Virus record (IMG/VR): IMGVR_UViG_3300045738_001587
Location: 1 to 59,259 of that record
Length of the DNA: 59,259 bases
From: a virus
Lineage: Duplodnaviria > Caudoviricetes
Reading direction: 5' to 3' (one strand)
Both the position numbers and the translations under genes were made by a program. The notes beneath the pieces are model-generated. The model ran no database searches. It was not told the origin of the DNA and saw nothing but the letters and a program-made list of their open reading frames with translations. Below, in pieces: positions 35,249-44,332 of the stretch. Within the stretch, counting starts at the first letter, position 1. Every line of letters starts with the position of its first letter.

Positions 35249-36202
35249 ATGATTAAAGTTGGCGTAGTCGGATATGGCACAATAGGAAAACGTGTGGCAG
35301 ACGCTGTATTGTTACAAGATGATATGGAGCTTGCTGGCGTCACAGCAAATACCTACAACTACAAAATAGAATCTGCCATCAGGAAAGGCATTTCTATATT
35401 CCCGATAGAAAAAATACATCTGCTTCTCAATGAAGTTGATATAGTTGTAGACTGCACCCCAAAGGGAGTAGGAGCCGACAATAAAGAGACATACTCTGAA
35501 GCTGGCGTGAAGGCCATATTTCAAGGTGGAGAAAAGCCCGACGTAGGGTTTAGCTTTGTGGCCCAATGTAACTACGACAAGGCCGTTGGAAAAGATTTCA
35601 TTCGAGTAGTTAGTTGCAACACAACTGGATTATGCAGGACGCTGAAGGCGTTAGATTGTAACTATAACATAGACAAGGTACACGCCACGATGATAAGAAG
35701 GGCCGCCGACCCTTGGGATATATATCACGGGCCCATTAATGCCCTTGTTCCACACTTGGTGGTTCCATCACATCATGGGCCGGATGTTAGAACGATCCTG
35801 CCCAAGTTAGAAATATTCACAACTTCCATATCTGTCCCTACCACGTTGATGCATATGCACAGCATAGCGGTTGACCTAAATACTGCTCCCACCGTTGAAG
35901 AAGTTGTAGATTTGTTTCAGAATACAACAAGGGTTCGCGTCGTGCATAATTCCGATGGAATAAGATCGACAGCCGAAATCATGGAGTACGCCAAAGACCT
36001 TGGTAGAGACAGGGGAGACATGCCAGAGGTGTGTGTGTGGAGCGATACTATCGGAGTGTGGGGAAAGAAGTTGTTATATATACAAGCGATTCACCAAGAA
36101 AGCGACGTTGTTCCAGAAAACATCGATGCAATTAGAGCGGCGTTTGATTTATACCCAGCCGCTAGTAGTATACAAAAGACAAACAAAAGTTTAGGCATAT
36201 AA
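35249..36202 (+). CDS. gap: Glyceraldehyde-3-phosphate dehydrogenase, archaeal type (class II)
   Basis: GYGTIGKRVADAV..QDDM, DCTP.G.G, FQGGEK, RVVSCNTTGL, PSHHGPDV, QAIHQES.VVPENIDAIRA. Confidence 0.93.
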   Translation: MIKVGVVGYGTIGKRVADAVLLQDDMELAGVTANTYNYKIESAIRKGISIFPIEKIHLLLNEVDIVVDCTPKGVGADNKETYSEAGVKAIFQGGEKPDVGFSFVAQCNYDKAVGKDFIRVVSCNTTGLCRTLKALDCNYNIDKVHATMIRRAADPWDIYHGPINALVPHLVVPSHHGPDVRTILPKLEIFTTSISVPTTLMHMHSIAVDLNTAPTVEEVVDLFQNTTRVRVVHNSDGIRSTAEIMEYAKDLGRDRGDMPEVCVWSDTIGVWGKKLLYIQAIHQESDVVPENIDAIRAAFDLYPAASSIQKTNKSLGI

Positions 36203-36231
36203 TTTTATTTAAGGTGTTGGAGATTTGTTTT

Positions 36232-36702
36232 ATGATAAATACATTAAAATATTTTTGTGCGGTACTAATATTGTCAGCGATCCCCACCAGCCCCTTAGTT
36301 GCTCAACAACCAAAAGAGGTTGACCTACAGATAGAGATAAGCAAAACCATTCAGGCTATTAGGGCTATCACGAAGCCAACAGAATCGCCTTATCGCCCCG
36401 CGCTTATTCATCAGTTCAGAAACTTAGAATATTCTCCAGCCGCCAGAGAGCTTGCCGTTGCCCGTAGGCGAGCATCGCTAGACGGCAGGTTCCTCGGTCA
36501 AATGAGAGGCGTCGGTTATCGACCCATCATTTCCTTTTTTCCTCAGGGAGACATGATGACGGTTGGGCCAGTGATAGTTTCACCAGATCGTAGGTATGTA
36601 CGAATAGGAATTTCAGCGGCTAGAACGGGAATCGGCCACGTCTACACCTTCAACTTCTCTACCGGAGAATATCGAAGGCTAGATAATGGAGGCAATAAAT
36701 AA
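36232..36702 (+). CDS. Exported protein with a secretin-like C-terminal beta motif
   Basis: Signal peptide-like N-terminus; GYRPII...PQG......VSPDRRYVRIG......IG.V.TFNF. Confidence 0.55.
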   Translation: MINTLKYFCAVLILSAIPTSPLVAQQPKEVDLQIEISKTIQAIRAITKPTESPYRPALIHQFRNLEYSPAARELAVARRRASLDGRFLGQMRGVGYRPIISFFPQGDMMTVGPVIVSPDRRYVRIGISAARTGIGHVYTFNFSTGEYRRLDNGGNK

Positions 36703-36995
36703 TGAAGTTCCTTAAACTTGCAATGTGCCTACTGTTCATCCTTTCCGTGGCAAACCTTGGCTTCTCTTGTTATATGTATAAGGAGCTTAAGAAAACACCT
36801 GTAATAGACATAGACTTGCCACAGATAAACGCCTTTCGTGGGGAGTCTGCGCAAAGAGACGCCTTTTTGTTCCAAGCAAACCTCATGACCCACCATCGGC
36901 TAGGAATACATGTTCCCGGATCACAAAACATGTGCCCAATGTGCAATACAGAACTTGATCAAGGCACAGAAGCTTTAAAAATTACGGGAAATTAG
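36702..36995 (+). CDS. Membrane-anchored hypothetical protein with His/CxxC motif
   Basis: TAATG coupling; N-terminal TM; HH....H.......CPMC. Confidence 0.65.
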   Translation: MKFLKLAMCLLFILSVANLGFSCYMYKELKKTPVIDIDLPQINAFRGESAQRDAFLFQANLMTHHRLGIHVPGSQNMCPMCNTELDQGTEALKITGN

Positions 36996-37016
36996 TGTTG
37001 AACCCGACAGTTTTGA

Positions 37017-37027
37017 CTATAATATAG
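37017..37027 (+). promoter_or_regulatory. Putative -10 element (CTATAATATAG) upstream of the polymerase genes
   Basis: TATAAT at 37018-37023 in an intergenic gap. Confidence 0.5.
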
Positions 37028-37085
37028 TGACGACGGTCAATCTTGTTGTCATTTTAATATTGAAATTAACTTTGAAGGATCTACT

Positions 37086-38720
37086 ATGGATTGGGCTCCG
37101 CTCTGCAACTATACTCACTATAGCTTACTCAAGGGCTTTTCTAAGCCATCCCAGCTCGCCCAAAAATGCAAAGAGAACGACTACAAGGCCTGCGGAATTG
37201 CAGACTATAAATCAATCTCTGGGGCCGTGAGCTTCTTTCAGTCGTGCATCAAGCATGGCATCAAGCCAATTATTGGCTGTTCTTTTGATGGATTCACGCT
37301 CTTTGCTAAAAGCAAATCAGGGTGGCTCGATCTCATTCAACTTGTATCCTCTATAGGAGAAGACGGGAACCTTAATAGCCACGTTTTAAATGATGTGTGC
37401 CGCCGTGGGAATCTTATTTCTATCTCCGAAACTGAGCAAACCTCACCCATAAAGGGTGAAGACTTTTACGCTAAGACGCCAGCGTTGATGGACACATATT
37501 ACACAGAAAAGAAGGACGCTCCGCTGCATAGGGTTTTGCTTTGCTCGAAATTAAAAACAACGCTCCCGAAAATCAACAAAGCTCTTTCCAAAAATGAAGA
37601 CTTTGAGTTTAGGGAGTTCTTTGAACGCAACGACTTTCATCTGAGAGATTCGGTAGAAATATGCGAAATCCTCACTGAGGACAGAGAGCTAAATGTCAAA
37701 AAAATTATTGACAAGTGCGAGGACTACGACATCCTAAGCAAGCCAATGCTTCCAAAGTTCACAACCCCCACCGGAGCGTCAGAAGAAGAATATTTGAAAG
37801 AACTATGCAGGCACGGCTGGGTCGAACTTCTAGCAGAAAACGGAAAGGTTACCAACGACGAAGACAAAGAAAAATACCTAGAAAGATTCACAGAGGAATT
37901 CAGGGTAATTAAAGAAGCAAATCTCTTTGGTTATTTCTTAATTGTTAGAGATATCATTAGCTTTGTTAATAGCAAGGGCTGGCTATCAGGGCCGGGAAGA
38001 GGCTCTGCCGCCGGGTGCTTAATTTCCTATCTGGTGGGCATTACAAAGATTGACCCAATTGAGTACGGGCTTTTGTTTGAGAGGTTCTATAATAGTGGTA
38101 GAAACACAGATGACCATGTCTCCCTGCCGGACATTGATATTGATGTTCCCGGTAACAAAAGAGATGAGATCATCGAATACTTAAAAGACACATACGGGAA
38201 GCACAATGTTAGCCAGATGGTCACCTTTGGCAGACTGCAAGGCAGAAGCGCCATAAAAGAAATACTAAGAATTAACGAGGCTTGCTCCTTTGGGGAGATG
38301 AACGAAATCTCTAAAAGCATACCAAATGAATCCGACGTATCTGACCAGCTTCAGGCTATGGACGAAGAGGACAGGTCTATAATCAAATTCGCTCTCCTTG
38401 ACAACCCAGAAGAACTGAGAGATTATTGCTATGTAACAGAAAAGGGCAGGCTAGAAGGAGATTACGCAGAATACTTTGAGCAGGCCATCAGGATTGAGGG
38501 TACGTTTAAAACTCAAGGTAAGCACGCCGCAGGAATTGTTATATCGTCTGACCACCTATATAATGTTTGTCCTATGGTAAACCAGAAAAGCGGATCAGAA
38601 AAAATCGCAGGATTAGAAATGGCCGACCTCGAAAGCTTGGGCCATGTCAAGTTTGACATACTAGGTATTAATCTCCTAGATAAGATTATGAAAATTGAGG
38701 AACTATTAAATGTCGTATAG
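37086..38720 (+). CDS. dnaE: DNA polymerase III alpha (DnaE), N-terminal part: degenerate PHP, palm, thumb
   Basis: HYSLL, GIKPIIG, YFLIV.D, GPGRGSAAG, LLFERF, PDIDID, GKHAAG, KFDILG, then stop. Confidence 0.93.
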   Translation: MDWAPLCNYTHYSLLKGFSKPSQLAQKCKENDYKACGIADYKSISGAVSFFQSCIKHGIKPIIGCSFDGFTLFAKSKSGWLDLIQLVSSIGEDGNLNSHVLNDVCRRGNLISISETEQTSPIKGEDFYAKTPALMDTYYTEKKDAPLHRVLLCSKLKTTLPKINKALSKNEDFEFREFFERNDFHLRDSVEICEILTEDRELNVKKIIDKCEDYDILSKPMLPKFTTPTGASEEEYLKELCRHGWVELLAENGKVTNDEDKEKYLERFTEEFRVIKEANLFGYFLIVRDIISFVNSKGWLSGPGRGSAAGCLISYLVGITKIDPIEYGLLFERFYNSGRNTDDHVSLPDIDIDVPGNKRDEIIEYLKDTYGKHNVSQMVTFGRLQGRSAIKEILRINEACSFGEMNEISKSIPNESDVSDQLQAMDEEDRSIIKFALLDNPEELRDYCYVTEKGRLEGDYAEYFEQAIRIEGTFKTQGKHAAGIVISSDHLYNVCPMVNQKSGSEKIAGLEMADLESLGHVKFDILGINLLDKIMKIEELLNVV

Positions 38721-39387
38721 AGATTATATTGTTTTTGACTTTGAAACTGGGTCTAGAAACCCGCAAAAAACACAGCCGACACAGATCGCCGCACTAGCTC
38801 TGGACGGCAGGAACTTTAGGCTTAAGGGAACTTTTAATAGTGAAATTAGGCCAATCATAGACGACGAAAAAGCCATTAAGGCTGGCTTAGACCCGTTGGA
38901 AGATGAAGCCCTCAGAATCACAGGCAAGACGAGGAAAGCGTTAGCTAAAGCCCCGCTGCCCAAAACGGTATGGAAAAAGTTTGAAAACTTTGTAAACCAA
39001 TACAACTGGAAGGGCACACAGTTTTTTGCTCCCATTCCAGCGGGGTTTAATATTATTGGTTTCGACATGATTATCGTAAATAGAATGTGTGAACAATATG
39101 GCTCATACGACAAAGAAAGACAGCAGCAAAAGATATTTAACAAGATTTACAAAGTTGACATGATGGACAATATGTTTATGTGGACTGAGGGAGACCCGTC
39201 CATCAAGTCTATAAGCATGGACTCATTAAGAGAACGAATGGGCCTAAGCAGCGAAAACGCCCACGATGCCCTACAGGACGTTAAAGACACGGCAAATATT
39301 ATGATTAAATTTATGAAGACTCACAGGGCCGTGTATCGTAACTTAAAAATTGACAAGGCTTTTGCGGACGGCGAATTATATGTCTAA
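38710..39387 (+). CDS. DEDDh 3'-5' exonuclease (DnaQ-like)
   Basis: FDFETG (ExoI), FN...FD (ExoII), HDALQD (ExoIII). Confidence 0.9.
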   Translation: MSYRDYIVFDFETGSRNPQKTQPTQIAALALDGRNFRLKGTFNSEIRPIIDDEKAIKAGLDPLEDEALRITGKTRKALAKAPLPKTVWKKFENFVNQYNWKGTQFFAPIPAGFNIIGFDMIIVNRMCEQYGSYDKERQQQKIFNKIYKVDMMDNMFMWTEGDPSIKSISMDSLRERMGLSSENAHDALQDVKDTANIMIKFMKTHRAVYRNLKIDKAFADGELYV

Positions 39388-40951
39388 AGAAATAGATTAT
39401 AAGTGCGAAGAAACATGGAGCTTGTTCCACGAAGGAAGAACTAAAGGTGTTTTCCAGCTTGAGAGTAACCTAGGAAAGTCTTGGTCTAGAAAGCTCAAGC
39501 CCAGCAACATAGAGGAACTCGCGGCGCTGGTTGCCCTTATCAGGCCGGGATGTCTCAAGGCTATATCCAACGGAAAGTCTATGACACAAAGATACATCGA
39601 CAGGAAGAATGGATCGGAAAAGGTTGAGTATCTACACGACGCACTGGAGGACATTTTAAAGCCCACTTATGGTGTTCTTGTATATCAGGAACAATCTATG
39701 AGAATAGTCCAAAAACTTGCTGGTTTTGACCTCAAAGATGCCGACATACTACGAAAGGCTATCGGGAAAAAGAAAGCTGGCTTGATGGCAAAAGTAAAGC
39801 GGTCTTTCCTAAAGGGCGCAGCCAGTAAAGAAATTGTTACAAGTGAAGAAGCCGAAGAAATCTTTAGTTGGATTGAAAAGTCCAGCAGATACTCGTTCAA
39901 TAAGTCTCACGCCGTAGCATATGCAATATGTTCCTTCTGGAGTGCCTTCTACAAGGTTCATCACACTGAACAATTCTTTCTTGCTTATCTGTATCATGCC
40001 AACGAAAAACAGGACACACACGAAGAAGTATATGAATTGGTTTCCGACGCGAAGCTTTTTGATATAAAAACCAAGACTCCAAACATAACAAACTTCTCTG
40101 AAAAGTTTAATATGTCAAATGGATCAATATATTTTGGCGTCAAGGACGTTAAGTCGCTGACAGGAAAGACCGGCGACAAGGCCATAGCCGCCGTCAAAGA
40201 GCTTTCGTCCCAGCTAGGCAAGAGCGCTAAGAGCTTCAGTTGGCTAGATATACTCATCAACCTAACCCCCAAAATAAACGCCACGGCGTTCAAAGCTCTG
40301 GCTTCCATTGGATTTTTCAGAGGGTTCAAAGATAAGATAACAAGGAACAGAGCCCTTTATGAGTACGAGATATACAGGAGTCTAACCAAGGCCGAAGTGC
40401 GATGGATTGAAGAAAACTACAGAATCCTTAAGTGGAGAAGTTTAATCGACTGCCTGATTGACTTGGCCCCAGTAAAGAAGGAAGGCGGCGGCACTAGCAA
40501 GGAAGCTAGGTCAGAGGCAGTAAGAAATGAAATACATTTTCTCGAAAACCCACCTTACGACCTTTCCGATGACCCAAGCTGGATTATAGAACAGGAAGTA
40601 AAGTTTTTGGGATGCCCCGTTTCAATGTCAAAAATAGAAGCGGCAGATATTTCTGGCGCTAATACCACCTGTAAAGAAATAGCCGAAGGGAAAAATGGAA
40701 AAAGCCTTCTGGTGGCTGGAAACATAAAAAGAGTATCAAACTATAAGATTAAAAAGGGGAAATCAAAAGGAGAATATATGTCCTTTCTAACCATAGAAGA
40801 CGACACATGCACCTTAGATAGTGTCGTTATTTTCCCAGATTGTCGCAAAAAGTTTCAATATTCTTTATATGAAGGGAATAACTTACTGTTTAGCGGATCT
40901 GTCTCAAAAGAAGATAATTCCCTAATTGTTAATAACATTTTTGAGATTTAG
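39380..40951 (+). CDS. dnaE: DNA polymerase III alpha (DnaE), C-terminal part: fingers, HhH, OB fold
   Basis: GVFQLES, ALIRPG, TYGVLVYQEQ, LRKAIGKK, YSFNKSHAVAY, K.G..M.FLTIED; ATG 39380. Confidence 0.93.
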   Translation: MSKEIDYKCEETWSLFHEGRTKGVFQLESNLGKSWSRKLKPSNIEELAALVALIRPGCLKAISNGKSMTQRYIDRKNGSEKVEYLHDALEDILKPTYGVLVYQEQSMRIVQKLAGFDLKDADILRKAIGKKKAGLMAKVKRSFLKGAASKEIVTSEEAEEIFSWIEKSSRYSFNKSHAVAYAICSFWSAFYKVHHTEQFFLAYLYHANEKQDTHEEVYELVSDAKLFDIKTKTPNITNFSEKFNMSNGSIYFGVKDVKSLTGKTGDKAIAAVKELSSQLGKSAKSFSWLDILINLTPKINATAFKALASIGFFRGFKDKITRNRALYEYEIYRSLTKAEVRWIEENYRILKWRSLIDCLIDLAPVKKEGGGTSKEARSEAVRNEIHFLENPPYDLSDDPSWIIEQEVKFLGCPVSMSKIEAADISGANTTCKEIAEGKNGKSLLVAGNIKRVSNYKIKKGKSKGEYMSFLTIEDDTCTLDSVVIFPDCRKKFQYSLYEGNNLLFSGSVSKEDNSLIVNNIFEI

Positions 40952-41053
40952 TGTGTCTTTTTGTGCCTGTATCATCTAATATAGTAAGATGGGCTTTCTG
41001 TAAATAAAGGGATATAAATGGGAAGATATGATAATTGACTTAAGGAAACAACA

Positions 41054-41362
41054 ATGAATCTTTGTTCTTTTACCGGGTACTTAACCGAAGACCCGAAGCT
41101 CTCTAAACCAAACGGAGTGAGCCTGATTGAGTTCACTCTAGTTGTCTACACTTACAGAACAACCAAAAGCACGGGAGAGAAGAGCCGTATTCCGACCTTC
41201 TTGAACTGCGAGGCTTGGCATACTGGTGCTGACACCATAGCAAAGCTTGCCACCAAGGGGACAAAGATGCATGTTCATGCTTCTGCCAAAAACCCCTCAA
41301 AAGGCGCTAAAGGCACCATTTTTAGAGTAAACGAATTTGACTTCTGTGGCATAGAAGAGTAA
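41054..41362 (+). CDS. Second SSB-family OB-fold protein without a long acidic tail
   Basis: MN...FTG.LT.DP, F.L.V, FL.CEAW...A..I....KG; 102 aa. Confidence 0.75.
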   Translation: MNLCSFTGYLTEDPKLSKPNGVSLIEFTLVVYTYRTTKSTGEKSRIPTFLNCEAWHTGADTIAKLATKGTKMHVHASAKNPSKGAKGTIFRVNEFDFCGIEE

Positions 41363-41364
41363 AT

Positions 41365-43047
41365 ATGAGAAAAAAAAGAATACTGTTCTGTAGCGAAGCA
41401 ACCTTTCTTAATACTGGCTATGCAACTTATACAAGAGAGACTCTAAAATACCTCAACAGCACGGGCAAGTATGAGCTAGCAGAAATGGCGTCCTACGGAG
41501 AAAGAGACGACCCAAGAGCCAAGGATATTCCGTGGAAGTTTTATGGCGTCATGCCCAACCAAAACTGTGAGCCAAAGTCTAGCAAGCAAGAAATAGATTC
41601 CTATCACGCTAAACCAACCAACCAGTTTGGCGAGTATGCATTTGAGTCTACATGCCTAGACTTTATGCCCGATATAGTTTGTGACATTAGAGACTTTTGG
41701 ATGCTGGACTTCGCTGAAAGGTCTCCGTTCAGAAGGCACTTCAAGTGGTGCATAATGCCAACGGTGGACGCAAGCCCACAGGCTAGACAGTGGATCTCAA
41801 CATACCAGAGCGCCGACGCCTGTCTTACATATTCAGATTGGGCCGGAGAGGTTCTCAAAGATCAATCCGGTGGAAAAATCAATTACTTAGGCACAGCATC
41901 GCCTTCGGCTCATCCGGCATACAAACCAGTTGGCGACAAAAAGGCTCACAAGGAAGGGTACGGCCTAGATCCAAAATATAAGATTATCGGCACAGTAATG
42001 AGAAACCAAAGAAGGAAGCTTTATCCAGATCTTTTTGAGGCCTTCAAGTTATTTTTAGATAAGTCTAAGGACAAAAATTATTACCTTTATTGTCACACGA
42101 GCTACCCAGACCTAGGGTGGGACATACCTGAGTTGCTTCAGCAACATGAAATATCATCCAAGGTTCTATTCACGTATGTATGCCCAGAGACGAATAACGT
42201 GTTTCCTTCCCTTTTTAGGGGGGCGATTCAGGAGTCTCCTTTCACAAAGCAGTATAACGCCCAGCTTTGTAGTGTCAAGAACGGAGCAAGCTACGAGCAA
42301 CTTGCCAGCATAATCAACTTGTTTGATCTTTATGTGCAGTACGCAAACTCCGAAGGGTTTGGCCTGCCGCAAGTAGAGGCTGCCGCATGCGGTGTGCCAA
42401 TCATGTCTACCGACTATTCGGCAATGGAAAGTGTTGTCAGGAAGCTATCGGGAGTCCCCCTGAAACCAAAAGCCCTCTATAAAGAGCTTGAGACTGGTTG
42501 CTATAGAGCCGTTCCAGACAATAAGCTAGCAGCAAAAGAGTTCCAAAACTTCTTTTCTCTTAGTGAAGCCGATAGATCCAAAAAAGGGGCCGAAACCAGA
42601 GAGTGTTTTATGAAATACTATCAATGGCACCTAAGTGGTAAAAAGTGGGAAAATTATTTTGATAGCGTTGAGATAGCACCCGTAGAGCAAACTTGGGCCT
42701 CCCCACCAATGACAATTGAGTCCGCTCCAAAGCCAGACTTTTCAGAAAATACTCCAAACATAGCCATGCTTGCGAGATGGCTTATTACTGATGTATTAAG
42801 AAGGGCCGACTTAGTAAATTCCTTTTTTGAGTCCAGACTCACAAGAGACCTAACATACAGAAATGCTACCGGATCAACCGGCGGCATGTACTTTAATGAA
42901 AATTCAGCAGCCTTTGATGGCCAAAACACCAGAAACCCATTCTCCCCAGAAATTGCCTACGACCACTTCAAAGAGCTAAACGACAGGCAAATATTTTGGG
43001 AGTCCAGAAGAATTGATTCTATGAAAGAAAGAGGAATAATAAAGTAA
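41365..43047 (+). CDS. GT4 (GT-B) glycosyltransferase, large
   Basis: TGY, RNQRRK, DLYVQ...EGFGLPQVEAAACGVP..STDYS. Confidence 0.88.
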   Translation: MRKKRILFCSEATFLNTGYATYTRETLKYLNSTGKYELAEMASYGERDDPRAKDIPWKFYGVMPNQNCEPKSSKQEIDSYHAKPTNQFGEYAFESTCLDFMPDIVCDIRDFWMLDFAERSPFRRHFKWCIMPTVDASPQARQWISTYQSADACLTYSDWAGEVLKDQSGGKINYLGTASPSAHPAYKPVGDKKAHKEGYGLDPKYKIIGTVMRNQRRKLYPDLFEAFKLFLDKSKDKNYYLYCHTSYPDLGWDIPELLQQHEISSKVLFTYVCPETNNVFPSLFRGAIQESPFTKQYNAQLCSVKNGASYEQLASIINLFDLYVQYANSEGFGLPQVEAAACGVPIMSTDYSAMESVVRKLSGVPLKPKALYKELETGCYRAVPDNKLAAKEFQNFFSLSEADRSKKGAETRECFMKYYQWHLSGKKWENYFDSVEIAPVEQTWASPPMTIESAPKPDFSENTPNIAMLARWLITDVLRRADLVNSFFESRLTRDLTYRNATGSTGGMYFNENSAAFDGQNTRNPFSPEIAYDHFKELNDRQIFWESRRIDSMKERGIIK

Positions 43048-43208
43048 TGGGTACATACTGGGGATACACCCGCAGGGATCATATGTGGTATGCCTGTTAT
43101 TATATTGAGGGCAAAGCTAAAGTCAAACTAGGGCCGTTTTATACACAAGAAGAAGTCATGGAGGCGGCAGAAAAACATGACGCCCCCAAAAAGGATACTA
43201 ATAAATGA
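43047..43208 (+). CDS. 53-aa AP2-like domain protein (not in ORF track)
   Basis: MGTYWGYTRRDHMWYACYYIEGKAKVKLGPFYTQEEVMEAAEKHDAPKKDTNK; TAATG and ATGA overlaps. Confidence 0.65.
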   Translation: MGTYWGYTRRDHMWYACYYIEGKAKVKLGPFYTQEEVMEAAEKHDAPKKDTNK

Positions 43209-44332
43209 AGGTATTGTATTTCGGACACTATAAAGAGGGAACAGGGTGGGCTCAGGCCGCAATTGATTATATGCTGGCTATGGACTCGATTGGAATTGAT
43301 GTTGTCTGTAGAAACGTAAACCTGACCGGCGTTGAGTACCCTGTTCCAGACAAGATACTAGAACTAGAAAAAAAGCCTACCTACGGTGCGGAATACTGTA
43401 TTCAGCATTTGCTCCCCCATCATCTAGTGGGAACAGGCAGCTTCAAGAAAAATGTGGCTTACTTTGCCGGAGAAACCACAACAATCAAACACCAACCTTG
43501 GTTTGTTCATCTGGAGCAGATGGACGAAGTGTGGGTTCCCAACACAGACCTATGGCAAGCCCTATCTTTGGACAATCTAATAACCCCCAATGGAATAAAG
43601 GTTCTCCCACACACTAAAGATATAGACAGCTACAATAAACAGACAGAAGTTATTAATATACCGGAGGCAGAGGGGAAATTCAAGTTCTACTATATAGCCG
43701 ATCTAAGTGAGAGGAAAAACCTTATCTCTACACTCAGATGCTTTCATAGTGAATTTTCTGCTTCTGATAACGTATCTCTCATACTAAAGACCAAAAAACA
43801 TGGCGCTCCCCCTCAAGAGCTAGCAGATCATGTTAAGAATATTTCAAACTCGGTAAAGAAGAGGCTAAGAATATTCTCAAATATAGAGTACTATGTTGAC
43901 GACATAATAATTGCTGAAGAAGTTAGTGGCGACGTAATTTCTGGGATACATAAATATGCTGACTGCTTTCTAGGCATAAGCCGGGGAGAGGGGTGGTCTA
44001 TTCCTGCATTTGACGCTATGGCCCACGGCAATACACCGATATGCAGCAACTTCGGTGGGCCAAAAGAATTCATCGACAGTGAAAATGAGTCAACTGGATG
44101 CCTTGTAGACGGCCAGCTATCTGTTTGCGATTGCCCAGACGCAGCTTTCCCTGAGATATTTACTGGACAAGAAAACTGGTTCCAACCCAATGAAATAAAA
44201 ACGAAGAGGGCTATGAGGCATTATTACGAGCAAAGGAAAAGCATAGACAGGAACGCCGGACTGGAGCAAGCCAAAAAGTTTTCTTACGAGAATATAGGAA
44301 ACAAGATAAAGGAGTTTTTAACCAATGGCTAA
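43205..44332 (+). CDS. GT4 (GT-B) glycosyltransferase
   Basis: DEVWVP, ERKN, SRGEGWSIPAFDAMAHG. Confidence 0.85.
   Translation: MKVLYFGHYKEGTGWAQAAIDYMLAMDSIGIDVVCRNVNLTGVEYPVPDKILELEKKPTYGAEYCIQHLLPHHLVGTGSFKKNVAYFAGETTTIKHQPWFVHLEQMDEVWVPNTDLWQALSLDNLITPNGIKVLPHTKDIDSYNKQTEVINIPEAEGKFKFYYIADLSERKNLISTLRCFHSEFSASDNVSLILKTKKHGAPPQELADHVKNISNSVKKRLRIFSNIEYYVDDIIIAEEVSGDVISGIHKYADCFLGISRGEGWSIPAFDAMAHGNTPICSNFGGPKEFIDSENESTGCLVDGQLSVCDCPDAAFPEIFTGQENWFQPNEIKTKRAMRHYYEQRKSIDRNAGLEQAKKFSYENIGNKIKEFLTNG

Noticed and set aside
37027-37230. 67-aa ORF before dnaE
   Set aside because: Overlaps dnaE out of frame, starts within the putative promoter and has no RBS
38660-39420. Split intein or self-splicing intron at the dnaE break
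   Set aside because: No Cys/Ser-initiated intein N-part and no HN-C/S/T junction; the intervening DNA is fully occupied by an overlapping exonuclease ORF with no room for intron structure
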